A DNA stretch of 64,000 bases from Gammaproteobacteria bacterium (lineage in GTDB: Bacteria > Pseudomonadota > Gammaproteobacteria > Steroidobacterales > Woeseiaceae). The notes beneath the pieces are model-generated. The model was not told the origin of the DNA. It did no database searches and saw only the letters and a program-made list of their open reading frames with translations. The DNA is taken from assembly GCA_018699395.1 (NCBI GenBank), contig JABIQN010000001.1, forward strand, positions 3,678 through 67,677, in the 5' to 3' direction. Position numbers and translations under genes: made by a program. Below, one piece after another: positions 28,600-38,801 of the stretch; the stretch's first letter is position 1, and each line of letters begins with the position of its first letter.

Positions 28600-28947
28600 C
28601 TACTGAACCTTGTCCATGTTCCTGGGCATCAGACTGGGCGGAATGGGGGCACGACGCCGATTTGGCTGTGGCGGATAGTTTGTTGCAAGGTAATCAAGGA
28701 TTTTTGCCTCTACCTCTGGCTGAAACTGCCACAGATTCTGTGTTTCCTGCATCCAACGGATGATATCCAGCCAGGTATTTCGGTCGGCCCGTTGGCTGGT
28801 CACCAATGCATATGAATGGCAACCCCCGCAGTGCGCTCGAACCTGCTCCCAACCCGGACTCATGATAAGACCTGAGGAATTATCAATGTCAGTGGCGTTC
28901 AACTCAGCTGACAAGAGCAGCACCACGAAACCAAAAGGCACTCTCAC
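28600..28947 (-). CDS. sorB: Monohaem c-type cytochrome, partner of the sulfite-oxidase-family enzyme (SorB-like)
   Basis: Single CGGCH haem-binding motif. The preferred start is the GTG at 28947, which forms a GTGA overlap with the sorA stop and gives the signal-like N-terminus (M)RVPFGFVVLLLSAELNA. Confidence 0.65.
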   Translation of the reverse strand: MRVPFGFVVLLLSAELNATDIDNSSGLIMSPGWEQVRAHCGGCHSYALVTSQRADRNTWLDIIRWMQETQNLWQFQPEVEAKILDYLATNYPPQPNRRRAPIPPSLMPRNMDKVQ

Positions 28948-30299
28948 GCCGTTACCATGACCGCTATTCGGTGGCACGCGTTATTGAGATAACCGCGCGG
29001 GTTCCAGCCCGGCAGTAGCATAGGCTGTGCTCGGCCGGCATCGTCAGTCGCACGAGCCCAAATCTCGTAATACCCGGGCTCCGGAAAGTCGGCAGTTGCC
29101 GTGAAATGCTGCCAAGCGAGGCGATTCACTGCCTTCTTAAGTTTGGCCTTTTGCCAAGTGCTGCCGAAATCGATAGAGATGTGCACTGCCTTTATTCTAT
29201 TATCGCCGGCCCAAGCATGACCTCGAACCTGAAGCGGCTTCGCGACGCTGGACTCGATACCGGACTTCGGAAACGTAATCAATGATTTCACCGGCATGGA
29301 CTCGATAATGCACATGTCTTCATCGGCGACGGACGTACCCGGCGCAACCGATTTGCATGGTACTCGATACGACTGTCCCATCATCTTTGCGCCGTCATGA
29401 ATGCGATCCCGAATCAAAATGCGGGTAAGCCATTTTCCACTAACAGACGCGGGCCAGCCGGCACATAGCATACGAACTGGGAAGCCATGTAACTCGGGCA
29501 GCGGCTCGCCATTCATCGCCCAAACAATCATCGATTCTTTCTCCAGTGCTTTTTGCACCGGAACACCGCGCGAGATTGGCCGCTTGGTGGGGTCGCCGGA
29601 AAGATGCAGGTCGGCCGCTTCATAGGCGACATAGACTGCATTATCAGAAACACCGCAATCTTCAAGAATGTCTCGTAATCGGACGCCCGTCCATTCGGGA
29701 CAACCGATGGCGCCCGTAGTCCATTGGTTGCCCTTCGCCGGTGGATTGAATTCTGATCTGCCGTTGCCTGCGCACTCTATCTGTAATTGCAGAGTGTGCT
29801 GTTTGTAGCGCTTCTGAAGTTCGTCCAGCGTAATCACGGCCGGACGTTCGCACGCTTCGCCTTCGATGCTGATTTTCCACTCGAGTGGATCGATATCCCA
29901 GGTAGATGGTGGAATACCGTTATTGCGAACGAACAAACGTGACGCTGGTGTGACTGGATCATCCAATAAATGCGCTGGCGTTTCGGCGTTGATGGGACGG
30001 TCATTCAACAATGTAAGTCCAGACTTCCCTGGGATCGAAAACGCCTCATCACTTTGTGCAAACGCCGCAGGAATGAGGCCACTTGGCATGAAACGTGCGA
30101 AAGGGATGCTTGCCCCAACAGCCGCCACCATCGCAGCCAGACCCGAGCCCTTTATGAATCCGCGTCGCGATACTTTGTTCGCTTTTCGGCCCCATAGTAG
30201 CTCATCAGCTCGCTCGGGATTCTCGGCATAAAATTCATGCAGGCCTCTTTTTTTGGTCATAACGTCTTCATCAGTTTGCGTCAGCGCCAAGAAAGGCAT
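28944..30299 (-). CDS. sorA: Sulfite-oxidase-family molybdopterin oxidoreductase (SorA-like sulfite dehydrogenase), Tat-exported
   Basis: Twin-arginine motif SRRGFIKGSG and Moco-Cys block IECAGNGRSEF, plus a C-terminal dimerisation-type domain. An alternative start is Met at 30260. Confidence 0.8.
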   Translation of the reverse strand: MPFLALTQTDEDVMTKKRGLHEFYAENPERADELLWGRKANKVSRRGFIKGSGLAAMVAAVGASIPFARFMPSGLIPAAFAQSDEAFSIPGKSGLTLLNDRPINAETPAHLLDDPVTPASRLFVRNNGIPPSTWDIDPLEWKISIEGEACERPAVITLDELQKRYKQHTLQLQIECAGNGRSEFNPPAKGNQWTTGAIGCPEWTGVRLRDILEDCGVSDNAVYVAYEAADLHLSGDPTKRPISRGVPVQKALEKESMIVWAMNGEPLPELHGFPVRMLCAGWPASVSGKWLTRILIRDRIHDGAKMMGQSYRVPCKSVAPGTSVADEDMCIIESMPVKSLITFPKSGIESSVAKPLQVRGHAWAGDNRIKAVHISIDFGSTWQKAKLKKAVNRLAWQHFTATADFPEPGYYEIWARATDDAGRAQPMLLPGWNPRGYLNNACHRIAVMVTA

Positions 30300-30473
30300 C
30301 CGACATCTTCTGCAGAGTATCGCGCAGTTTGTTAGCTTTTACTGCATCGAACGGGATCATCTCTTCGTTTTCACGACCGCAGTGTGAAGTATCAGCCATC
30401 TTCGCGAGCTCGCCTACTGGACGGGCGCGCCATAACTGGCGGAAATACTGATAGGTGGGCACACTAGCCCGCC

Positions 30474-31700
30474 TTGAACACCAAACTCGCCCAATCCCGC
30501 AGTTTTATTGTAACGCTCGGCTTATTAACAGCCGTTGCAGCATTAACTGTGGACCTCAGCTTGCCGGCGATCCCGGCTATGGTCGGTGCGCTCGACACAA
30601 CACTGTCTCGCGGACAACAGATCGTCGGCATCTTCATATTCGGTATGGCCATGGGGCAGATTCCGGCCGGACTCGCCGCTGACCGATTCGGTCGCCTGCC
30701 GACCATTTACTTCGGCATGAGTCTTTTTGTAACAGCCGCCTGTGTATCCATGATCGCCGAAGAAATTGACATACTACTCATAGCTCGCTTCATTCAAGGG
30801 ATTGGGGCGGCCTCCGCTATCGTCGTTTCCAGGGCCGTGGTGAGGGATATCGCGACGGGCAAAGATGCGGCTCGACTAATGTCCTTGATGACAATGATTT
30901 TTACTGCTGCGCCCGTCATTGCCCCCAGTATCGGCGCGGTGCTCGTCGCACAGTGGAGTTGGCGTGCCCCGTTCATCGCCATAGCTGCGTGTGGTTTCGC
31001 TTTGCTGTTTGGAATTCGCAGCAACCTCGTTGAAACCCATATACCGAATACTTCACAACACCCACTACGACAGTTAGCCTCCAGCTTTCGCGAATACTTT
31101 TCGCATCGCCAAAGTCTTTTTGGCCTACTATTACTGGCATTAACGCCAGCCGGCTCTATGTCGGTCATCGCCGTTTCAGCGGCATTAACTGTCGAAATCT
31201 ACGGCTTCTCAATCACACAATATGGCCTTATTTTCGCTTGTGCAGGCCTTTCAATTCTCGCCGGTGCTACTGCGAATCGATGGCTCGTTGTCCGCTTCGA
31301 GATAATGTCGCTAATCAAGCTCGGAGTAACGCTAATTTTCACTGCAAGCGTGCAGTTGGTGGTCGTGGCATGGCTCGATACTGCGCCGTTCTGGTGGGTA
31401 TGGTGCTGTGTCTGTATCTACATGTTCACGATCGCGATTTTAATGCCGAACGTCACTGTGCTGGCGCTTGATCCTTTACCCAAGATCGCTGGCGTCGCAT
31501 CTTCAATCATTGGCACCACACAAAACGTAGCCGGCGCGTCCGGCGCGATTCTGGGTGCATTGATCTACGATGGTTCTGTGCGCAATACGGTCATCATTAT
31601 GGCGACGACTGGCGCGCTCACTGCTGTTGTATTCTTGCTACGACCACTTATCTGCCCGCAGCCATTAGTACATCACCGGGACGAACTCGCGCGCGATTGA
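30474..31700 (+). CDS. MFS transporter, Bcr/CflA drug-resistance subfamily
   Basis: 12-TM layout with MFS motif A GLAADRFGRLP and a Bcr-like N-terminus (DLSLPAIPAM). TTG start. Confidence 0.8.
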   Translation: MNTKLAQSRSFIVTLGLLTAVAALTVDLSLPAIPAMVGALDTTLSRGQQIVGIFIFGMAMGQIPAGLAADRFGRLPTIYFGMSLFVTAACVSMIAEEIDILLIARFIQGIGAASAIVVSRAVVRDIATGKDAARLMSLMTMIFTAAPVIAPSIGAVLVAQWSWRAPFIAIAACGFALLFGIRSNLVETHIPNTSQHPLRQLASSFREYFSHRQSLFGLLLLALTPAGSMSVIAVSAALTVEIYGFSITQYGLIFACAGLSILAGATANRWLVVRFEIMSLIKLGVTLIFTASVQLVVVAWLDTAPFWWVWCCVCIYMFTIAILMPNVTVLALDPLPKIAGVASSIIGTTQNVAGASGAILGALIYDGSVRNTVIIMATTGALTAVVFLLRPLICPQPLVHHRDELARD

Positions 31701-31715
31701 TTCGAAGTCACCTAC

Positions 31716-32297
31716 TTACGGACAATCTGTGCTCACGTCTTTGCGATTCTTTCTAAATTGCATCGGCGTCATTTTCGGATAGCCGTACCAGATAAGACCA
31801 ACAACAAACTCTTCATCCGTATTGATGCCGACGATTTCAAAGAACCGCGGATCGCGAATAATGTCCCCACTAGTCCATTTGGAGCCGACCCCCGCCTTCC
31901 ACAAATACAGGGTAAGGTTCTGCACTGCAGCGCAACACGCGGCATAGTCTTCGAGTTGCGAAGACTCGTTTGATGATCGTTTGCACGTTACAACCATCCA
32001 ATTCGGTTTTTCTGACCAGCTGCGGCGTTTGAACTCAGCCGCCTTATCGCCTTTCTTGGCCGTAACAATATCGCTGCAAAGATCGAGGCATTGCTGCTTC
32101 GTTTCTTCGCCTAGCCGGTAGAAATGCCACGGCTCGGTGACATGGTGATTGGGCGCCCAAATCGCTACCTCGATTGCCTCATTGACCAGTTTTTCCGGCA
32201 CCGTTTTCTGTAAAAAAAGCTCAATCGTGCGGCGGCTGCGCAAGGTCTCCGCAAACTCTCTAAGTTCTCCTGCCTTATAACTCAGGACTTTTTTCAT
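31716..32297 (-). CDS. Nitroreductase-family protein
   Basis: 193 aa with RRTIELF and APNHHVTEPW motifs of the FMN nitroreductase fold. The ATG overlaps the upstream TGA by 1 nt. Confidence 0.7.
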   Translation of the reverse strand: MKKVLSYKAGELREFAETLRSRRTIELFLQKTVPEKLVNEAIEVAIWAPNHHVTEPWHFYRLGEETKQQCLDLCSDIVTAKKGDKAAEFKRRSWSEKPNWMVVTCKRSSNESSQLEDYAACCAAVQNLTLYLWKAGVGSKWTSGDIIRDPRFFEIVGINTDEEFVVGLIWYGYPKMTPMQFRKNRKDVSTDCP

Positions 32298-32887
32298 CAG
32301 GGTTGCTTGCCCACCACAGCTGATTCCGCTTTGACTTTTACACCCTGTACGATCGCTGCAATTTCAGGGCGAGTCGCACGCAATTCTTCCGGTGTCAGCG
32401 CATCAAGTTCGTGTGGGAACACTAGCCATTCGGCAGTCTCTCGCAGGTAATATTCCGGTGTGATATCTGTCTCATTGCGCAGAGGTTTAAACCATGGCAC
32501 TGCGACGCGGATATCCGCGGGCGTATTGCTACGCGCTCGTCGCGCCAATTCAGCGATGACCGCGACGATCGTATTGCCAGTATCGAATACGTCGTCGACG
32601 ATAAGAACGCGGTCGTCATGACGGATTTTCTTAATGATGTAATTCAGCCCATGAACAGCGACCTTACCACGCTCCTCGATCCCAATGTACGACGAGGTTC
32701 GAATCGCGATATGGTCTGACTCGACGCCGCAATATGACAGAGTCTCTTGCAGTGCCACACCCACAGGCGTACCGCCGCGCCAAATGGCGATGATCATGGT
32801 CGGCTCGAAGCCACTTTCAAGGACCTTAATGCCAAGATCAATTGAATCGTGCAGCAGGTCTTGTGCGGAAAGTACGGTCTTATCCAT
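32297..32887 (-). CDS. Phosphoribosyltransferase (Gpt/Hpt-like), paralog A
   Basis: PRPP loop VLIVDDVFDTGNT. I place the start at MDKTVLSAQDLL (32887), because the listed longer start would overrun the divergent paralog. Confidence 0.7.
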   Translation of the reverse strand: MDKTVLSAQDLLHDSIDLGIKVLESGFEPTMIIAIWRGGTPVGVALQETLSYCGVESDHIAIRTSSYIGIEERGKVAVHGLNYIIKKIRHDDRVLIVDDVFDTGNTIVAVIAELARRARSNTPADIRVAVPWFKPLRNETDITPEYYLRETAEWLVFPHELDALTPEELRATRPEIAAIVQGVKVKAESAVVGKQP

Positions 32888-32972
32888 TATTATTCTCTTC
32901 TGTGCGGACGGCATGCGAGCGGTATAATGCCCAATCTCAATTCTAGCGCAGCATGGCCTGGGAATAACAATA

Positions 32973-33575
32973 ATGAATGAGCGATTTATCACCGCCGACG
33001 ACTTACTCCGAGACTCGTTTCAGCTGGCAGCCAACATTTACGAAGGCGGATTCGAGCCTGATTTCCTTGTTGGCCTGTGGCGTGGCGGCAGCGCTGTCGG
33101 CATCGCGGTGCAAGAAGGCCTAGATTACTTCGGCACAAAAACCGACCACATCGCAATTAGAACGTCATATACCGGCGCTGCCGGGTATTCGAAGATGGTT
33201 CGTAAGGCCGAGGCGGTTCGGGTTCACGGACTGCAATATCTACTTGAAAATCTCAATGCGCATCACTCGCTACTGATTGTAGATGACGTGTACAGCACTG
33301 GCTCAAGCGTCAATGCCGTTATCAAGCAGCTCGCGAAAAAATGCAGACGTAATCTACCCAAGGACATCCGCGTTGCCACTGTCTGGTATCGGCCAACCGA
33401 AAAAACCTTGCGTACGCCCGAATATTTTGTACATGAGACCGCTGAGTGGCTCGTTCTGCCGTATGAGCTCTCCGGCTTCTCGGTCGACGAGTTGCGTGCA
33501 AACCGGCCCGAAATGTCAGATTTGATCGATCGCCTCGCGCCGCATGTCAAGCCGGATCGTGACACCCGGAGATAA
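32973..33575 (+). CDS. Phosphoribosyltransferase (Gpt/Hpt-like), paralog B
   Basis: PRPP loop LLIVDDVYSTGSS. By eye it aligns end to end with paralog A (DLL.DS......GFEP......WRGG..VG.A.QE.L.Y.G...DHIAIRTS). TAATG overlap with the next gene. Confidence 0.7.
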   Translation: MNERFITADDLLRDSFQLAANIYEGGFEPDFLVGLWRGGSAVGIAVQEGLDYFGTKTDHIAIRTSYTGAAGYSKMVRKAEAVRVHGLQYLLENLNAHHSLLIVDDVYSTGSSVNAVIKQLAKKCRRNLPKDIRVATVWYRPTEKTLRTPEYFVHETAEWLVLPYELSGFSVDELRANRPEMSDLIDRLAPHVKPDRDTRR

Positions 33576-34822
33576 TGATCAAACCGAGACCATTCCTGAG
33601 AACACTATTTGACGCAGCAGTGGCCGCCGCCATGCCCGAAAATTGTCTGTCAAGCTGGCTCCCCACTAAGCCCGAAGGGCGAGTCATTGTTGTCGGCGCC
33701 GGTAAAGCAGCGGCCAGTATGGCAAAAGAACTCGAGAAGCAATGGGGCGGACCACTCGAGGGCCGAGTTATCGTTCCCTATGGTCACGGCACAAACTGCC
33801 GTTGGGTTCAGATAATCGAAGCATCACATCCGGTACCAGACCAGGCCGGTCTTTCAGCCGCCGCAAAGTTACTTCATAGCGTGTCTGACTTGTGCGCGAA
33901 CGATACTGTTGTTTGTCTCATTTCGGGCGGCGGATCCGCACTTATGTGCCTCCCGGCCGATGGTGTATCACTAGCCGAAAAACAGACCATAACTGCAAAT
34001 TTACTTCGCTCCGGTGCAGCGATTCATGAGATCAATTGCGTGCGCAAGAAGCTGTCTGCCATCAAAGGTGGCAAGCTAGCCGAAGCCTGTACGCCAGCGT
34101 CTGTTATCACCCTCGTCATTTCGGACGTACCTGGGAACGATATATCGATGGTTGCATCAGGCCCCACCATTACGGACGCGAGTACAGCTGGAGAAGCGCT
34201 GGAGATTCTAAATCGCTATGGAGTTGCAATCACACGCGATACTCGAGCTGTGATCGAAGCCAGTAGACCGGTATTCGTCGCTGATGGTGACGTTCGAATT
34301 CTTGCTACTAGTGATGATGCGTTGCTAGCAACGTCGGCCTTAGCTGCCAATCATAACGTCACGCCGTATTCTCTCGGCGATCTCTCTGGCGATGCACGAT
34401 CGCTTGGAAGAGAGCACGCAGGACTCGCACTACAAATAATTGCAGGCAATGGACCGATCGTGGCACCTTGCGTCATATTGTCTGGGGGAGAAACAACGGT
34501 AGAGGTGCGAGGAGGCGGTCGCGGTGGCCGAAATGGCGAATATGCCCTATCGTTGGCTCTCGCGCTCAATGGGCACCCTGCTGTTCATGCTATCGCCTGC
34601 GATACGGACGGAATCGACGGTAGCGGTGATAATGCCGGATGCTACGTATCGCCGAATATTCTTGAAAGGGCGAAAACCTCAGGACTGGACGCCAAGAACA
34701 TGCTTGATCGAAATGATAGCTATGAGTTTTTTGAAGCGACTCACGACTTGATTATGACGGGCCCAACGCGAACCAACGTCAACGATTTCAGAGCCATATT
34801 AATCGACAGTAATAAGGATTAG
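33575..34822 (+). CDS. Glycerate 2-kinase / hydroxypyruvate-reductase-like protein (DUF4147 + MOFRL, TtuD/GckA family)
   Basis: VVGAGKAA, CLISGGGSAL and LSGGETTV motifs at the family's typical size. Confidence 0.8.
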   Translation: MIKPRPFLRTLFDAAVAAAMPENCLSSWLPTKPEGRVIVVGAGKAAASMAKELEKQWGGPLEGRVIVPYGHGTNCRWVQIIEASHPVPDQAGLSAAAKLLHSVSDLCANDTVVCLISGGGSALMCLPADGVSLAEKQTITANLLRSGAAIHEINCVRKKLSAIKGGKLAEACTPASVITLVISDVPGNDISMVASGPTITDASTAGEALEILNRYGVAITRDTRAVIEASRPVFVADGDVRILATSDDALLATSALAANHNVTPYSLGDLSGDARSLGREHAGLALQIIAGNGPIVAPCVILSGGETTVEVRGGGRGGRNGEYALSLALALNGHPAVHAIACDTDGIDGSGDNAGCYVSPNILERAKTSGLDAKNMLDRNDSYEFFEATHDLIMTGPTRTNVNDFRAILIDSNKD

Positions 34823-34824
34823 AA

Positions 34825-35268
34825 ATGCAAGAACTTCCACACCACTACATAGTTTCCGCCAATGCCAAGACTGTTGGAAATGTTGCTTTATCCGCCAATG
34901 GTGTCTCCGACCTTGAGTCCGCTCCGCCAGCCGAGTTTGGCGGTCCCGGCGATCAATGGTCGCCCGAATCACTGCTTGTCGCAGCCGTTGCTGATTGTTT
35001 TATTTTATCCTTTCGCGCCATCGCGAGGGCATCGAATCTTGAATGGGACTCTCTGAATTGCGAGGTTGAAGGTATCCTTGATCAAGTCGATCGCGTAACT
35101 CAATTTATTGTATTCAACGTTAAAGCATCAGTGGGTATTCCATCTGGCAGCGATGAAAGCAAAGCACTGCGCTTACTGGGAAAAGCCGAGCACGCATGTC
35201 TAATCACGAACTCCCTAAAAGCAGACTCATATCTCGAAGCCAGCGCCCACGTAAGCAAGGTCGGATAA
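34825..35268 (+). CDS. OsmC/Ohr-family peroxiredoxin-like protein
   Basis: 147 aa with two conserved Cys contexts (AVADCF and EHACLITNS). Starts 2 nt after the previous stop. Confidence 0.75.
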   Translation: MQELPHHYIVSANAKTVGNVALSANGVSDLESAPPAEFGGPGDQWSPESLLVAAVADCFILSFRAIARASNLEWDSLNCEVEGILDQVDRVTQFIVFNVKASVGIPSGSDESKALRLLGKAEHACLITNSLKADSYLEASAHVSKVG

Positions 35269-35368
35269 ACCGACAAAATCAAGCGAGAGATTTGCGGCTG
35301 GGAACATTATAATGCTCCACCCGCGCGCTATCGTATTGCACAGAACCTATTGGTAAATAAGGAAAAAT

Positions 35369-37591
35369 ATGAGTACTGCGAAGATTGTCTACACGATTAC
35401 TGATGAAGCTCCAGCGCTGGCGACTCACTCGTTCCTGCCAATCGTCAAAGCATTTACAGATGCCGCTGGCATCGTTGTAGAAACTCGTGATATCTCGCTT
35501 GCAGGAAGAATCATCGCCAATTTTCCTGAAAGCTTGAGTGCGGACCAACAGCATAGTGATTCTCTAGCGGAACTAGGTGAGCTTGCCAAGACTCCGGACG
35601 CCAATATTATTAAGCTTCCCAATATCAGCGCGTCGATACCGCAGTTATTGGAAGCGATAGCCGAATTGCAGTCGCACGGCTATGACATTCCGAACTACCC
35701 GGAGGAACCGAAAAGTGATGCTGAAAAAGAAGCTCATTCTCGCTATGCGAAAGTACTCGGTAGCGCAGTCAACCCAGTACTTCGTGAGGGTAACTCGGAT
35801 CGTCGCGTCGCCATGGCCGTCAAGAAATTTGCGAAACAACACCCTCATTCAATGGGCCCGTGGAGCACGGAATCGAAGTCCCACGTATCACACATGGACG
35901 ATGGTGATTTCTACTCAAGTGAAAAATCAGCCGTCGTCGATAGCGATGGGAGTCTGCAGATCACGTTACATGCAGCTGATGGCAGTGAGACAGTACTCCG
36001 CACTGATGTCCCCGTTATGGCGCATGAAATCGTTGATGCTGCATGCATGGATACGGCCGCACTCCGCGAATTCTTTGAACGTGAAATGGATGCCGCGGAG
36101 AACGACAGTATCTTGCTGTCTTTGCATCTGAAGGCAACCATGATGAAAGTTTCGGATCCGATCATTTTTGGACATGCGGTCAAGGTGTACTACAGGAATG
36201 CCTTTGAAAAACACGCTGCGCTCCTGGACGAACTCGGTGTTGATGCAAACAATGGCGTTGGTGATGTGTACACGAAAATCGTTGGCCTTCCTAATGAACA
36301 ACGCGCCGCTATCGAAGCAGACTTTGCGGCGGTATACGAAACCCGCCCGGAACTTGCGATGGTTAATTCCGACAAAGGAATTACAAATCTGCATGTGCCA
36401 AGCGATGTCATCATCGACGCCTCAATGCCCGCCGCCATTCGCTCATCAGGTCAAATGTGGGGGCCAGACGGTAATCTTGCTGACACCAACGCGATGATCC
36501 CTGATCGTTGTTATGCAGGTATTTATGGCGAGGTGATCGATTTTTGCCGCCAGAACGGTGCATTTGATGTCGCGACTATGGGTAATGTCTGCAATATCGG
36601 CCTCATGGCGCAGAAAGCGGAGGAATATGGCTCTCACGATAAGACGTTTGAAATTGAATCGGCCGGAACGGTGCGCGTAAGCGATAAGGCAGACAACGTG
36701 CTACTCGAACATACGGTCAACGTGGGTGACATCTGGCGTATGTGCCAAACCAAAGATCTGCCGGTTCGTGACTGGGTGAAGCTGGCTGTCAATCGTGCAA
36801 GGCAAACCGGAACGCCAGCGATCTTCTGGCTCGACGCGAATCGCGCGCATGACAGCCGCCTGATCGAGAAAGTGAGTCTGTATCTTAAGGACTACGATAC
36901 CGATGGACTCGATATTCGCATCCTTTCGCCGGTCGAGGCGATGCGAGTAACACTCGCAAGAGTAAGTAATGGACAGGACATGATCTCTGTAACCGGCAAT
37001 GTTCTTCGTGACTACCTGACCGACCTATTTCCTATACTCGAGCTTGGCACGAGCGCGAAAATGCTGTCGATTGTTCCATTGCTCGCGGGCGGCGGATTAT
37101 ATGAGACAGGTGCCGGCGGATCCGCGCCGAAACATGTGCAGCAGTTCCTGGCCGAAGGACACCTACGCTGGGATTCACTCGGCGAATTTCTCGCGCTAGC
37201 GGTATCCATTGAAGATATTGCAGAAAAGACCAACAACGACGCCGCACGAGTGGTTGCTTCGGCGCTTAACGACGCGAATGATCGTTATCTTGAGAACAAT
37301 AAGTCACCATCGCGAAAGGTTAACGAACACGACAACCGTGGCAGTCACTTTTATCTCGCAATGTATTGGGCTGAAGCGCTAGCTGCGAATACGGTCGATT
37401 CGGCACTTGCGGAAATGTTTTCCGCACCGGCGAAAGCGCTGGCCGATAACGCGAACATTATTGATAGAGAGCTTGTCGCGGCTCAGGGATCCGCAGTCAA
37501 TATTGGAGGTTACTACCAACCGAGCGCATCGATAGCATCCGACGCGATGAGACCCAGTGCGACATTAAACGCTATCATCGACGCTATTTAA
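35369..37591 (+). CDS. icd: Monomeric NADP-dependent isocitrate dehydrogenase
   Basis: 740 aa with an N-terminus [22 protein letters not shown] typical of monomeric IDH. Confidence 0.92.
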   Translation: MSTAKIVYTITDEAPALATHSFLPIVKAFTDAAGIVVETRDISLAGRIIANFPESLSADQQHSDSLAELGELAKTPDANIIKLPNISASIPQLLEAIAELQSHGYDIPNYPEEPKSDAEKEAHSRYAKVLGSAVNPVLREGNSDRRVAMAVKKFAKQHPHSMGPWSTESKSHVSHMDDGDFYSSEKSAVVDSDGSLQITLHAADGSETVLRTDVPVMAHEIVDAACMDTAALREFFEREMDAAENDSILLSLHLKATMMKVSDPIIFGHAVKVYYRNAFEKHAALLDELGVDANNGVGDVYTKIVGLPNEQRAAIEADFAAVYETRPELAMVNSDKGITNLHVPSDVIIDASMPAAIRSSGQMWGPDGNLADTNAMIPDRCYAGIYGEVIDFCRQNGAFDVATMGNVCNIGLMAQKAEEYGSHDKTFEIESAGTVRVSDKADNVLLEHTVNVGDIWRMCQTKDLPVRDWVKLAVNRARQTGTPAIFWLDANRAHDSRLIEKVSLYLKDYDTDGLDIRILSPVEAMRVTLARVSNGQDMISVTGNVLRDYLTDLFPILELGTSAKMLSIVPLLAGGGLYETGAGGSAPKHVQQFLAEGHLRWDSLGEFLALAVSIEDIAEKTNNDAARVVASALNDANDRYLENNKSPSRKVNEHDNRGSHFYLAMYWAEALAANTVDSALAEMFSAPAKALADNANIIDRELVAAQGSAVNIGGYYQPSASIASDAMRPSATLNAIIDAI

Positions 37592-37754
37592 TTTTCGCTT
37601 CCGTCCCTGCGATATAGGTTGCAGTAACATGCTAGTTATCGCAGATCACAATAATGGCGAACAAAGCTCCTCTATCGAGGTTGCGACGATCGTACTTAGC
37701 GAGGCCCCTCTCGCGGTGGTCATCGCCTGACCTAGGCATGCAAAACCTTGTGCG

Positions 37755-38801
37755 CTAGCGCCTCAACGGTTGTACTTTGTCAGGACAGTCTTCCTCGATG
37801 GGCGCGACGGTCCGTTCGCGGACCCGTAGAATTTCCGCAGCGGCGGCCACTGCTATTTCAGCAGGCTTCTTACCGCTTATACCATCGACGCCGATTGGGC
37901 AAATCAACTGATCAATCACCGGCTGTGACATCCCCTGCTGTTGGTAGCGTTTTTCAAATCGTTGGCGTTTCGATGTCGAGCCAATGAGCCCGCAATAGCG
38001 AGCATCACGACGTCTCAAGATCCGATCGCAGATATTAAAATCCATCGTATGACTGTGCGTCATCACAAGATAGAAGCTATCTGGAGGCATCGCACCAACC
38101 TCGAGAGCGGGATCAGTCGCCTCAATTGTCCGAACGTTCGTCGGCTCTCCGCGAAACATCTTTCGTCGACTTTCGATCCATCGAATATTGCAGTCAAGGC
38201 TTGACAAGGCATCAACTACAGCTGAGCCAACGTGGCCAGCGCCGAACACGGCGATGTTAAGATCAGAAGCAACAATCGGTTCATAGAATTCCTGAACATC
38301 TCGGGTTGTGGGCGAGCTCCCCGACAGTATTTGGCGTGCCCTAGCGATCATCGCAGACTTAGTTCGCAAAACATCATCACCAAATACTTTGTCTGCAGTG
38401 ACTACGATTTTCGATGGATCCGTTTGCGATATTCGGGTGGTAATAATCGCCGGTTCACGCTGGCCATGCAGAGCGCTGAGATCACGCAACCAGCTCGGTA
38501 TCCCGTCACCGATAGGCTCGAAAAGAACCTCAATAGTACCTCCACAGGATTGGCCCATTGACGAGCCCAGCGGAAAGCTCCGGAGCGCCATCTCTTGGTT
38601 GTCGAGCATACCAACCGCAACTCGCATACTCTGGTATTCGAGCTGACCACCACCAATGGTACCAATGGTCTGAGTCGTCGTTACAATCATTTTCGCACCG
38701 ATTTTACGTGGTGCGGAACCGCGAGTACCGGCGACCGTCACCAGAACCGCACGTTCACTGGCAGCGGCGAGGTCTGCTAATTCGTCGATCCACTCATTCA
38801 T
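37755..38801 (-). CDS. xdhC: XdhC/CoxI-family molybdenum-cofactor insertion chaperone
   Basis: N-terminal XdhC_CoxI region (AVLVTVAGTRGSAPRKIGAKM...GGG.LE) plus a Rossmann-like C-domain (IAVFGAGHVGSAV). Confidence 0.8.
   Translation of the reverse strand: MNEWIDELADLAAASERAVLVTVAGTRGSAPRKIGAKMIVTTTQTIGTIGGGQLEYQSMRVAVGMLDNQEMALRSFPLGSSMGQSCGGTIEVLFEPIGDGIPSWLRDLSALHGQREPAIITTRISQTDPSKIVVTADKVFGDDVLRTKSAMIARARQILSGSSPTTRDVQEFYEPIVASDLNIAVFGAGHVGSAVVDALSSLDCNIRWIESRRKMFRGEPTNVRTIEATDPALEVGAMPPDSFYLVMTHSHTMDFNICDRILRRRDARYCGLIGSTSKRQRFEKRYQQQGMSQPVIDQLICPIGVDGISGKKPAEIAVAAAAEILRVRERTVAPIEEDCPDKVQPLRR

Noticed and set aside
30271-30462. 63-aa minus-strand ORF upstream of sorA (GTG start).
   Set aside because: Its start would lie 11 bp from the divergent MFS start, leaving no promoter space for either gene, and it overlaps the longer sorA start. 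I recognise no family. A shorter 42-codon version from the ATG at 30399 cannot be excluded, but it has no clear SD.
35279-35554. Minus-strand 91-aa ORF across the icd start.
   Set aside because: It overlaps the conserved N-terminus of monomeric IDH and the icd promoter region, and it has no supporting features.
37607-37644. 8-bp inverted repeat ctgcgata ... tatcgcag after icd, considered as a possible terminator.
   Set aside because: The loop is 22 nt and no T-run follows. It may help terminate the convergent icd and xdhC transcripts, but the evidence is too weak to annotate.
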